Assembly: GCA_965116475.1 (NCBI GenBank)
Contig: OZ220691.1
Coordinates: 1,312,001-1,376,000 of the forward strand
From: Gemmatimonadota bacterium
Lineage (GTDB): Bacteria > Gemmatimonadota > Gemmatimonadetes > Palauibacterales > Palauibacteraceae
Reading direction: 5' to 3'
DNA: 64,000 bases
The stretch's first letter is position 1. Every line of letters starts with the position of its first letter. The translations under genes and the position numbers were made by a program. A model generated the notes under the pieces. That model was given only the letters and a program-made list of their open reading frames with translations, did not search any database and was not told where the DNA came from. Positions 19,087 to 28,160 of this stretch are shown here, piece after piece.

Positions 19087-21525
19087 TCAACGGCCGCCCT
19101 TCGCCCAGCGACCGTACGCGTCCCGGACCACGGCTTCCGCCAGCTTGCCCCGTACGGTAAAGAACAGCCTGTCGCGCCAGCGCTCCATGTACATCGCATC
19201 CGTTCCGATCCAGTTGTCCCAGAGGAAGGCGCCGTTCACCAGACCCGGATGGCGGTCTCCGACGTTGAAGAATGCCTCGAGGATGTTGGCCTGGGTCTCC
19301 TCGCCGTCATCCAGTCCGTTCCGGTTCATGTCCACAAACGTCTTGCTCTCCCCCTGGCGCGCGCTCGATCCCGGGTTCGCCGGAGCTTCGACGAGATCCA
19401 TGGTGCCGTATTCTGTGAAGACGATCGCCCGCCCCGGATTCCGGTCGGCAAGCGGACGCAGCAGGTCCATGAAAACCGACTCGTAGCTCGCCTGCAGTTC
19501 CGGAACACTCATTACGGTCGCCGGGGGACTCGCCGTGAGCCTGAACCATGCGCTGATCCCCACGATGTCGAGGTCGAGATCCTCCCAGAGATGGCCGGCG
19601 CCCGACCCCCGTCCGTGGAAGTCCGCATACATGAGCGCCGAGGCGTGCATGTCGTACGTCAGCCGGCCGGAGTAGACGGCACGTACGCGGCCTACCATGG
19701 TCCGCAATTCGTCGCCGAAATCGTTGGTCATGTAACCGGAAGCCGGGCGACCCGGGTCATGGTGGTCGGGTCGCGTGCGAAACAACCGGTCCGTCTCGGT
19801 CCCGAGAGAGAAGAGAGCGACGCCCTCATCCTCCGCCATGGCGGCGAAGTGCTCGGCATGCTCCGTGTAGGTTTCCCAGAATTCGGTGACGAACCGCTCA
19901 TGATCCGGATGGTCGGGCCGCCATGGCCAGTTCTCCGGTGCCATTGCCGGCCCCTCGCCTGGCGGTACGCCGCCCGTGTGGGGAGGCGCGGGATCCCCTA
20001 GCTGCCAGCGCTGGACCGGTCGGGACGACCTTTCCGCCTCATGAGCCTCGAACGCCAGGGTCATGTACACGTTGAACCCGTGCTCCCGGGACTCGCGAAG
20101 GACTTGCCGGAGCGTCTCGTCCCGCCAAGTGGGAACCTGACGGTTTCGACCGGTCTCCAGAGAGACCGTGCTGTCCATGCTGTCGTCGTAGTGAAGGGCC
20201 ACGGAGATCATGACCCAATTGACGTGCATACCGCGGAGCCAGTCGATGAACTCGAGGGGAATGAGAGGACCCTGTCGGCCCCCGTCTTCCCAGGGTTGGG
20301 CGACTCGACGGTTCCCTCCCCAGAAGCCCCCTACCGAGACGGCGCGCATGGGGAAATCGAAGATGTTGACGCCAGGGCCCGGTTTCGGAGGCGGATTGGC
20401 CACGGTGACGTCCGCGGTACCGCGTACGCCCCCGGTCACGGCGGCGATGGTCGCCGCACCTTCGGCGATGCCGAGCACGAGCCCCGTTCCGTCCACTCTG
20501 GCCACGGACGGATCGCTCGTCGACCAGCTGAACTCTGCGCCCTCGATCGGGTGAGCGTTCGCGTCGAACGCCTCCGCCACCAACCGCAGAGTGTCTCCGA
20601 CCGCTATCGTCACTGTCGGCGGTGTCACCACTACCGACTCCACGGACTGCGCCACGGTCACCAGCGCCTGACTAGTAACCTCGTCCGCGGCCGCCGTGAC
20701 ACTCGCCGTGCCATTGCCGACAGCGGTCGCCAACCCCGCCGAGTCGACCGCCGCGACGAGCGTGTCCGTGCTCGCCCAGGCTACCGGGACGCCGACCATC
20801 ACGCGCCCGATCTGATCGCGCACTTCGGCCGCCAGCCGGACGGTGTCCCCCAGGGCCAAGAACAGAATGCTGTCGGGTTCGACCGTTACGATCGCCGATA
20901 CGCGCGCCAGGACCGTGAGGGCGGCCTGGGCTACGACCCCGGACGACGTGGCGGTGAGCGCCACTTCACCGGCCCCAACCCCCGTCACCAGACCCGTCGC
21001 GTCTACGGTTGCCAACAGGGTGTCGCTCGACGCCCACACGAACTCGGCCCCCGTCACCAAATGGCCGTTCGCGTCGGTCGCCTCGGCCGTCAAACGCAGC
21101 GTATCGCCCACTACGAGCGTGTCGGCCGCGGGCGTGACCGCGATCGCGCTCACTTCCTGCGCCACCGTCACGGCCGCCGTGCCCGACGCCGAGCCCGCCG
21201 TCGCGATAATCGTGGCGGTTCCGTCGCCCACGGCCGTCACCAGCCCGGCCGCGTCCACCGTCGCCACGGCAGCGGCTCCGCTCGCCCAAGTCACCGTGGA
21301 CCCCGCCATCGGCTGGCCGTTCTGGTTGCGCACCTCGGCGGCGAGCTGCACGGTGGCGTCCAGGGCCGCAAGCCGCGCGGTAGGAGGCGTGACGGTAACC
21401 GTGGTCGGCCGTGGCGCGGCGGGGGTTGGAGCGGCTGGTTCAGTCGCCCTTTCCCCGCAGCCGGAGGCCCAGACCATGGCGGCCAGCGTGGCCGCCGCGC
21501 CGACGCAAACCCGCGGGCCCCTCAT
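19087..21525 (-). CDS. Lipoprotein with four Big_2-type Ig-like repeats and C-terminal GH113/GTA-like TIM-barrel
   Basis: Lipobox ASGC; repeated W.S.D..VA.VD..GLVTAVG.G; LGTE, VGISAWF, FTEYG motifs. Confidence 0.75.
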   Translation of the reverse strand: MRGPRVCVGAAATLAAMVWASGCGERATEPAAPTPAAPRPTTVTVTPPTARLAALDATVQLAAEVRNQNGQPMAGSTVTWASGAAAVATVDAAGLVTAVGDGTATIIATAGSASGTAAVTVAQEVSAIAVTPAADTLVVGDTLRLTAEATDANGHLVTGAEFVWASSDTLLATVDATGLVTGVGAGEVALTATSSGVVAQAALTVLARVSAIVTVEPDSILFLALGDTVRLAAEVRDQIGRVMVGVPVAWASTDTLVAAVDSAGLATAVGNGTASVTAAADEVTSQALVTVAQSVESVVVTPPTVTIAVGDTLRLVAEAFDANAHPIEGAEFSWSTSDPSVARVDGTGLVLGIAEGAATIAAVTGGVRGTADVTVANPPPKPGPGVNIFDFPMRAVSVGGFWGGNRRVAQPWEDGGRQGPLIPLEFIDWLRGMHVNWVMISVALHYDDSMDSTVSLETGRNRQVPTWRDETLRQVLRESREHGFNVYMTLAFEAHEAERSSRPVQRWQLGDPAPPHTGGVPPGEGPAMAPENWPWRPDHPDHERFVTEFWETYTEHAEHFAAMAEDEGVALFSLGTETDRLFRTRPDHHDPGRPASGYMTNDFGDELRTMVGRVRAVYSGRLTYDMHASALMYADFHGRGSGAGHLWEDLDLDIVGISAWFRLTASPPATVMSVPELQASYESVFMDLLRPLADRNPGRAIVFTEYGTMDLVEAPANPGSSARQGESKTFVDMNRNGLDDGEETQANILEAFFNVGDRHPGLVNGAFLWDNWIGTDAMYMERWRDRLFFTVRGKLAEAVVRDAYGRWAKGGR

Positions 21526-21985
21526 GTCCAGGCCAACGGTAGAGCCAGAGCGGCTCGCGTCGCCATCCGGCGCCGATCCTGCCGTTGGAGGATGATCCCC
21601 CCTCCCGGAGTCGAATGTGCGTTCTTCAACAGCGCCGCCGTACTGATCCCGCTCTGCTCAATCGGATCATGGCACCTCCAAGACACTCTCTGCCGGTCAC
21701 CTTGAGGGCGAACCTCAACGTATCGACTACGCCCTCACGCTCAGCGAATTGCAGAAGGTCTGCCTTAACTTAGATGGGATAATTCGATCTGCGCATGCGG
21801 TGGTGGCGGCAGCCGCCGGCCGGGCCAAGGCCAATGGCGGAGGCGGATCGCATCAAAGCGCCGGCATACCCGTCCGCATATCTTCATTGGTTTTTCCAAG
21901 CGAGAGGCGAGAGCTTCGGAGGCGCTACACATCCAAGATCAACTCTGGCCCTGTCGGCCATTCGATCGCTCGGCGCAGTCTAACA

Positions 21986-22846
21986 TTAGCGATACTCTAT
22001 GCTTACGATTTGGCGAACCTCCTCCGGACACCGAATGATAAAGCGCACGTCGTCCGTCATTCCATCGTCGCCCGGTAGGGGCTTCGCCAAGACATCAATC
22101 TTGGCGAGATGTGCGTTTATGTCCACTACGTGAGTTGCAATCGTAGCTGCGATCTCTCCTCTAGCACGTTCTTTCGCCCTCTGCGCTCTTCTCTCCTCTC
22201 GTTCCGTTGCTCTTGCTTCTCTCCTCCTCTCCCGGCCTTCTTGGCGCTCCTCCTGTCTGCGCGTGCGTTCGGCGTCCCGTGTTTCCCTTGCCAATTGAAA
22301 CTCGTGATCGCGCTCCTGCTGCTCTCGGCTGGTGGAGCGGGACAAGAAGAACGCTGATACAGACCAAATGATCGACAGTGCGCCCAAGGCCAGTGCGATC
22401 CCATCGGCCGGCTGGATCTCGATGTCTGGCTGGACCACAACGACCCACAGCGCAGCACTCAGAATGACAGCAGCGCTCAACCCACCCGCCACTAAGACAG
22501 CCGGCTTCTGTCGGGCAGTGATCTGAATACCGTGCGTCGTGTCACGTCCGGCGCTCGGCGGGCCGGGCGCGGTAGACAAGTGACCGCCACTGTCCTGGTC
22601 ACCACTTGATTCCGGCGTTGCCCTGCGGGTGACACCCGAATCGCCGCCACTGCCTTGATCAGCGGTCGGACCTTCCCTTGGATCGGGCGTGCTGCTGCTG
22701 CGATCGTTACGGTGGCGTTGGTCAGCTGCCGACGGGTCAGTGAGTTCGGAAGTGTTCTCGGCGGCGTGCTCGTGCGACTGAGAAGCTTGGTTGGTACGGT
22801 CCTGGTCGTCCATGTCCTCGGCTCCGGTCAAAGTCAAGTCTTGCAT
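21986..22846 (-). CDS. Hypothetical membrane protein (two TM helices, charged coiled coil)
   Basis: 286-aa ORF, visibly lower GC than flanks; start may be second Met. Confidence 0.55.
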   Translation of the reverse strand: MQDLTLTGAEDMDDQDRTNQASQSHEHAAENTSELTDPSAADQRHRNDRSSSTPDPREGPTADQGSGGDSGVTRRATPESSGDQDSGGHLSTAPGPPSAGRDTTHGIQITARQKPAVLVAGGLSAAVILSAALWVVVVQPDIEIQPADGIALALGALSIIWSVSAFFLSRSTSREQQERDHEFQLARETRDAERTRRQEERQEGRERRREARATEREERRAQRAKERARGEIAATIATHVVDINAHLAKIDVLAKPLPGDDGMTDDVRFIIRCPEEVRQIVSIEYR

Positions 22847-22855
22847 CGGTAGACG

Positions 22856-23218
22856 CTAGCAACGTGCGCTGCGAAAGAGTGGGGCAAGGAGAAGACCAGT
22901 GTAGTTGTCTCCGGGGTCCGACCATGTGCACGACACTTCCGCCGGGTCGCCCAGTTCGCCGAGCAAGGACTGCTCCATCCCCTCCCGGTCGTCGTCCCCG
23001 ACGCCGACCCGGTAGACCACGGCCACGTCCTCCGTGATCACGCGCCGCACCGGGTTCGAACTCTCGAGCGTCTTCCGTTCGCTCCCCACGCAGACCACGG
23101 CGGACGGCCCGGACTGCGCCGCGGCGGGGAACGAGCCGATGAGCAAAATGATGGCCGCGAGCAAGCCGCATGCCGGCCCACGGCTGAGATTCGGTCTCGG
23201 CGATGGCTGGGCGGACAT
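22856..23218 (-). pseudogene. Probably truncated secreted protein
   Basis: GAGG RBS, signal peptide homologous to that of the FGE gene; composition shifts abruptly near 22900. Confidence 0.5.
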
Positions 23219-23323
23219 CCTCACCTCTCGATTCGGCGTTCGGTGCGTCTTTGAAGCGGCCACGGCGGAGCACCGAAGCGCACCGGGCATCGGTCTTTCA
23301 GCCTCAGCACATCGCGGGAGCCA

Positions 23324-23346
23324 CGCAATTACTCAAATGGGGTAGT
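23324..23346. promoter_or_regulatory. Box CGCAATTACTCAAATGGGGTAGT (copy c)
   Basis: 23/23 identical to 27230-27252. Confidence 0.65.
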
Positions 23347-23368
23347 TTCGAGCCCAACTCCCCCAAAA

Positions 23369-23433
23369 GCCGGCTCTTCGCCGAACCGGCGCACGCTCGA
23401 GCGAGCTGCGGGGATTCCGGCTGCGCGGGCCAG
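23369..23433 (-). repeat. 65-bp fragment of hipA coding sequence
   Basis: 62/65 identical to 14918-14982, same orientation. Confidence 0.85.
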
Positions 23434-23447
23434 AACATGAAGAGGGC

Positions 23448-23500
23448 TTGAATGGTGGAGCAGGTTCGTGTATGCTTCCTTGTATTCTTACTTACAGGAA
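23448..23500 (+). promoter_or_regulatory. Sigma70-like promoter and operator of AbrB-PIN operon
   Basis: TTGAAT-N17-TATGCT followed by imperfect inverted repeat TTCCTTGTA...TACAGGAA. Confidence 0.65.
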
Positions 23501-23513
23501 AGAAGGCTGCGCC

Positions 23514-23738
23514 ATGCTCGCCAAGTTGACGTCCAAGAACCAGTTGACGCTTCCCAAAGCCGTGATCTCGGAGTTTCCGAACACGGAGTACTTCGACGTC
23601 ACCGAGGAGCATGGACGCATCGTGCTGACGCCCGTGCGGCTCACGCGGGCCGACGCGGTGCGGGCAAAGCTGGCTGAACTGAGGTTATCCGATGCGGACG
23701 TGGCGGACGCCGTCTCGTGGGCCCGTCGGGCTGAATGA
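23514..23738 (+). CDS. AbrB/MazE/SpoVT family antitoxin
   Basis: MLAKLTSKNQLTLPK, GRIVLTP. Confidence 0.88.
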   Translation: MLAKLTSKNQLTLPKAVISEFPNTEYFDVTEEHGRIVLTPVRLTRADAVRAKLAELRLSDADVADAVSWARRAE

Positions 23739-24163
23739 CGCCGGTTCGCACGGTTCTCGATACCAACGTCCTCGTATCCGCGCTTCTCTTCCCGAAGGGA
23801 ACCGTATCCTGGCTGCGTGACGCGTGGCGGTCGGGTGCGATTCTGCCGCTCGCGAGCCGGGACACCATCTCGGAACTGGTCCGGGTCCTGTGCTACCCGA
23901 AGTTCCGCCTCGCTGCGGGAGAGCGCGAGGAACTGTTGGCGGACTATCTGCCCTACTGCGAATCGGTCGACGTGGGCGAATCGCCACCCGTCCCGGAGTG
24001 CCGCGACCCCTTCGACCGCATCTTCCTTGAGGCGGCGCTGGCCGGGCACGCCGACGCGCTGGTCACGGGCGACGAAGACCTGCTCGCTCTCGCCGCGGAC
24101 TTTCCGGTGGCGATTCTCACGCCACGGGCGTTCGCCGGACGGCTCCCGCCGTCGGTGCCCTGA
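23735..24163 (+). CDS. PIN-domain toxin
   Basis: VLDTNVLVSALL, CRDPFDRIFL, LVTGDEDLL; ATGA overlap. Confidence 0.9.
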   Translation: MTPVRTVLDTNVLVSALLFPKGTVSWLRDAWRSGAILPLASRDTISELVRVLCYPKFRLAAGEREELLADYLPYCESVDVGESPPVPECRDPFDRIFLEAALAGHADALVTGDEDLLALAADFPVAILTPRAFAGRLPPSVP

Positions 24164-24171
24164 CCGCGCGA

Positions 24172-24480
24172 TTCGGAGGCGCTTCGACGACGGAGGACCT
24201 CCTCCGCTTCGCCCACGCGCACCTCGAGCCGGGACTGTTCAGCCGGGAGACGCTGGACCTCGTATGGACTTCCCAGCGCACGGCGTCCGGCGAGGAGATC
24301 GGAGTGGGGATCGGCTGGCGCCTCATGCCGCCCTCGCGGGCGGGCGGTCGCCGAGCGGTCGGGCACGCGGGCGGCGCGATCGGCGGCAACGCGCTGCTCA
24401 TCATCTACCCGGACGACGGCGTGGCCGTGGCCGTCGCCGCGAACATCGCGGGCATCGGCTATCCGCAGGGCCGCGAACGG
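24172..24480 (+). pseudogene. C-terminal remnant of beta-lactamase-like serine hydrolase
   Basis: Frame reads GGASTTEDLLRFAHA...GIGW...VGHAGGAIGGNALLIIYPDDGVAVAVAAN; no N-terminus or SxxK. Confidence 0.7.
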
Positions 24481-24620
24481 CCCGGGCGCTTTTCAACCGT
24501 CTCAGCCACGACCCGGCATCACCGCGCCCGCCCCGGCGTGGGCAGGGCTTCGAGCCACCGTGTGCGAGCTCCGTTCCTCCGCACGTTCAACCAGGAGGTA
24601 AAGGGGTAAAGAAGTAGGAA

Positions 24621-25493
24621 TCAATTGAGCGTCCGGGCAACTCGGAAACCGAAGCGGTTGCTCCGGCCGCCGGTGGGGTTCCTGCTCCGGCTCGCGGAGC
24701 GGAGGAACCACGGGTTGCCGAGCCAGGAACCGCCGCGGAGGACCCGACGGCCACAGTTACCGGACTGCCAGGCGCTCCCGTCCGTCGGCGCGCCGGCGTA
24801 GCTCCCGTTCCAGCAGTCCTGCGTCCACTCGTACACGTTCCCCAGCACGTCGTACAGGCCGAACACGTTCGGCGCGAACGACCCCACCGGCGCCGTGTAC
24901 TCATGTCCGTCCGTGCAGGACACGTAGTCGTCACCACCGTTCGCGTAGCGGCACTGACCGGACCGGCTCTCGCCCCAGTAGCGCGCCGTCACCGAGCCCG
25001 CCCGCGCCACGTACTCCCACTCCGCCTCGCTCAGGAGTCGGTAGCGCGCGCCCGTCTGCTGCGAGAGCCACGACACGTACGCCTGCGCGTCGTCCCAACT
25101 CACGTTCATCACCGGTCGGCTCCCCCGGCCCCAGCCCTCGTCGGCCGGCGCGTAGCCGCCGCAGCTGCCCGCGCTCACGCACGCATCCCACTCCGCGAAC
25201 GTCACCTCGTACACCCCCACCGCGAACGGAGCCGAAATCGTCACCGAGTGCCGCGGACCCTCGTCGTCGAAGCCCTCCTCCGACGCCGGCGAGCCCATCG
25301 TGAACGTCCCGGCGGGCACGACTACCATGCGCGGGCAGACATCGCAGTCGCTGAACTCCTCGCCCGGGGAGAGTCCGGGCACACCGGGGGGCGCGCCCTC
25401 CGACCCGCAGCTGATGAGCAGAATGATGGCCACCAGCAAGCCGCACGTCGGCGTATGCCGGAAAGCCGGTCCCGAGGATCGATGCTCGGACAT
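24621..25493 (-). CDS. Formylglycine-generating enzyme (FGE/SUMF1, CLec fold) domain protein, secreted; DGR-target-like C-terminus
   Basis: PAGTFTMGS, YEVTFAEW, YRLLSEAEWEY, FGLYDVLGNVYEW, RGGSW...GFRVAR. Confidence 0.9.
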   Translation of the reverse strand: MSEHRSSGPAFRHTPTCGLLVAIILLISCGSEGAPPGVPGLSPGEEFSDCDVCPRMVVVPAGTFTMGSPASEEGFDDEGPRHSVTISAPFAVGVYEVTFAEWDACVSAGSCGGYAPADEGWGRGSRPVMNVSWDDAQAYVSWLSQQTGARYRLLSEAEWEYVARAGSVTARYWGESRSGQCRYANGGDDYVSCTDGHEYTAPVGSFAPNVFGLYDVLGNVYEWTQDCWNGSYAGAPTDGSAWQSGNCGRRVLRGGSWLGNPWFLRSASRSRNPTGGRSNRFGFRVARTLN

Positions 25494-25504
25494 CTTGAGC
25501 GACT

Positions 25505-27133
25505 TCACGGGATCGGACTCGGGCTCGGTTTAGTGAGGGAAAGCACGCGTGCGCAAGTAGCCGCAGCCGCGTTCGCCAGTTGCCGATCTTCGATGCTATC
25601 GTAGATGCTATCGTAGGCGTAGTACTCGTCAACCGTCTCGCCCCTCTCATGCAGAAACAGTCCCTCGACGTTAGCGGGGTAGCCGAACGCACAGAAGACA
25701 TGTAGACCATGTAACTCTCCGTCGACGTAGGTAACCTGAACGACGCGTTGCTGCCCGTCGGGCGTCAGCCGCCCGAGCCACGACACCTGATCGCCGTGCC
25801 GTTTGCCGTCCACGTAGGGCCTTCGCTGCACGTCTCCATCGGCCTCCCAGACGGTCCAGATGCCGTGCCGTTTGCCGTCCACGAAGGGCCCTTGCTCCTC
25901 CTGGCCATCGGCGGCTCGGATGGTCCAATTGCCGTGCACGTTGCCGTCCACGTAAGGACCTTTGGAAACGGTGCCACTGGCATACCGGATGGTCCAGTCG
26001 CCGTGCCGTTTGCCGTCCACGTAGGGCCCTTGGTCCTCCCTGCCATCGGCGTGCCGGATGGTCCAATTGCCGTGCATCTTGCCGTCCACATAGGGACCTC
26101 GCAACGCGACTCCATCGGCACGCTGGATGGTCCAATTGCCGTGCGGCTTGCCGTCCACGTAGTGCCCTTCGGTAAAGCCGACTCCGTCAGAAGAGACTAG
26201 CCTCCAATCGCCGTGCTGTTTGCCGTCCACGTAGGGCCCTTGTGCACGGTCTCCGCTGGCATACTGGATGGTCCAGTTGCCGTGCATTTTGCCATCCACA
26301 AACGTTCCCTCCCAAATGTCCTCCCAAATGTGCTCATCATAGCTATAGCGCCGCCGAAGCGTGCCGCCGCCCTGTGCGTAGCCGCCCGAACATTCGCCGC
26401 TCCAAGTTGCGATCTCACTAACAGAGTTGACCCACAGGTAGCACCCCGGTTGGTCAGACATTTCCATGAAGCACGCGGTGCCCTCCGGCTTCCCCGCACA
26501 TGTCTCAGAAGGGTTCACGGGGGCTGGGGCGGCCGTCGGGGCGGATGCATTGGCAGGTCGTGGCGTGGACGGCGAGGGCCTCGTTTCCGTTCTCACCGCC
26601 GGAGGTCCGGTCGGCGTGGCCGCGAAGTCGTAATCGACGCTCCAGGTGTTGAAGCGTGGTTCGTGCCCGCGGAACATCAGCAGGTACACGGTCCTCGTCA
26701 GCGTTTCGCCCGGCAGGGTAGGGTTGCCGCCGCCGCTGCGCTGTATGGTGCCGTACCAGTCCCCCCACTCGACGTGGCCGGGGATTTGCCCGGCTTCCGG
26801 CCCGGTCCAGTTCGTGCACGGCGGGTGCTGGGCCGCGATGTCGTATTTCGCGATCAGATGATCCAGCGGCCTGCCGGACCCGTTGTGGACGGAGAGATCC
26901 AGTTGCCACACGTCGACGGGCTGGCCGTGGTTCGCCTTCTTGCGCTCGTACTCGGTCGGGGTCTCCACGTGCTCCAGGACGTTGCACGTCCCGGCCCCCC
27001 CGTACTGCAGGACGCGCGCGTTGCCGCGCAACTCGATCCCCTCCATCTCGAGGAGAGGCTGTGCATGAGCCGGCCCGGCCGCGAGCACGCACAGCGCCAC
27101 CGCCGCCAGCCCCGCGCGGTTCAATCGAATCAT
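25505..27133 (-). CDS. Secreted protein with C-terminal MORN-like repeats
   Basis: GGAGGAGG RBS, signal peptide, about nine ~23-aa repeats G.YVDGK.HG.WT. Confidence 0.82.
   Translation of the reverse strand: MIRLNRAGLAAVALCVLAAGPAHAQPLLEMEGIELRGNARVLQYGGAGTCNVLEHVETPTEYERKKANHGQPVDVWQLDLSVHNGSGRPLDHLIAKYDIAAQHPPCTNWTGPEAGQIPGHVEWGDWYGTIQRSGGGNPTLPGETLTRTVYLLMFRGHEPRFNTWSVDYDFAATPTGPPAVRTETRPSPSTPRPANASAPTAAPAPVNPSETCAGKPEGTACFMEMSDQPGCYLWVNSVSEIATWSGECSGGYAQGGGTLRRRYSYDEHIWEDIWEGTFVDGKMHGNWTIQYASGDRAQGPYVDGKQHGDWRLVSSDGVGFTEGHYVDGKPHGNWTIQRADGVALRGPYVDGKMHGNWTIRHADGREDQGPYVDGKRHGDWTIRYASGTVSKGPYVDGNVHGNWTIRAADGQEEQGPFVDGKRHGIWTVWEADGDVQRRPYVDGKRHGDQVSWLGRLTPDGQQRVVQVTYVDGELHGLHVFCAFGYPANVEGLFLHERGETVDEYYAYDSIYDSIEDRQLANAAAATCARVLSLTKPSPSPIP
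25700..26310 (-). repeat. ~69-bp coding tandem repeat (MORN-like), about 9 units
   Basis: Recurring ttgccgtccacgtagggc / atggtccaattgccgtgc; boundaries approximate. Confidence 0.85.
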
Positions 27134-27227
27134 GGTACCTCCTCCGCAACCTTCGTCTGGTTCCGCGGAGCCCAGGTCCTCCGTGGCGACCACCGTCGAA
27201 CAGAAACATCGACGAACGGTCGGAGGG

Positions 27228-27255
27228 CGCGCAATTACTCAAATGGGGTAGTCGA
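27228..27255. promoter_or_regulatory. 28-bp box (copy d) upstream of MORN-FGE operon
   Basis: cgcgcaattactcaaatggggtagtcga, ~95 bp from the start codon at 27133. Confidence 0.65.
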
Positions 27256-27318
27256 AGGCGGGGGAGGAGGTGATATAGTCAATGGCGGCCGAAGGAGTGA
27301 CACATTCGGCGGGGGGGA

Positions 27319-27391
27319 TGGAGCCGATCGGATTCGAACCGACGACCTCCTGCTTGCAAAGCAGGCGCTCTCCCAACTGAGCTACGGCCCC
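27319..27391 (-). tRNA. tRNA-Ala (TGC), CCA not encoded
   Basis: GGGGCCGTAGCTCAGTTGGGAGAGCGCCTGCTTTGCAAGCAGGAGGTCGTCGGTTCGAATCCGATCGGCTCCA; cloverleaf, G3-U70. Confidence 0.97.
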
Positions 27392-27572
27392 TCGAGGCGC
27401 GCGCGACACGGCGGCGTCCCGCGCGTGTGAAGGATGGGGCGAGCGCCCTCCGCTCGCCAGTTTCGGCGCCACCCCGTTTCGGTCGAGGCTGGCGGGAGTT
27501 GCGACGCCTCAAGCTCGGCGCCTACGCTCCCTTGAGGACTTGAGCAGCTCAACTCCCGGAAGGCCGGTGGCC

Positions 27573-28160
27573 ATGGCGGAATCTCGCAGGACGTTCCTGA
27601 AGCAGTCTGCCGCGACGGTGGCCGCCGTTTCCCTCACCGGTTGCGCTCGCGATGCCGCCGGCGGGCGCGCGACGGAGACCGACGGGGCCGAGACGCTGCG
27701 GGCCGTTGCCGACGTCGTTCTCCCGGACGAACTCGGCGAGGACGGCCGGGGACGCGCGGTGCGCGCCTTCGAGCGCTGGTCCGAGGCGCTGGAACCTGTG
27801 GCCGAACTGAGTCATCCGTATCTCGTCCCCGAGATCCGGTACTCGGGCCCGGATCCGAGGCCGGGATGGGCGGCGCAACTGGAGGGCCTCGAGAAGGAGT
27901 GCGAGAGCCGCCACGGCGTGTCTCTCTCCGATCTCGACGTGTCCGCCCGCCGAGAACTCCTCGCGCGGCCGCTCGCGGACGCCGGGCCAGGCCTTGGGGC
28001 GCCGCAGAATGCGGACCACGTGGCGCTGGCCCTGATGGCCCACTTCTTCGGCTCCGCGATCGCGACGGATCTCTGCTACGGGCGGGCGATTCGGAGGGAG
28101 CTCTGCCGCTCGATCGAGGGGGCCGAGGACGAACCCGCGCCGCTGGGAGCCGCACCGTGA
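27573..28160 (+). CDS. Tat-exported partner subunit (gluconate 2-dehydrogenase subunit 3-like)
   Basis: SRRTFLK twin-arginine motif; overlaps GMC gene start. Confidence 0.7.
   Translation: MAESRRTFLKQSAATVAAVSLTGCARDAAGGRATETDGAETLRAVADVVLPDELGEDGRGRAVRAFERWSEALEPVAELSHPYLVPEIRYSGPDPRPGWAAQLEGLEKECESRHGVSLSDLDVSARRELLARPLADAGPGLGAPQNADHVALALMAHFFGSAIATDLCYGRAIRRELCRSIEGAEDEPAPLGAAP

Noticed and set aside
14163..27319. Integrative island or prophage at tRNA-Ala
   Set aside because: No integrase, phage genes or duplicated tRNA 3' end found by eye
27319..27391. rRNA operon around tRNA-Ala(TGC)
   Set aside because: Flanks are protein-coding; no rRNA sequence recognised
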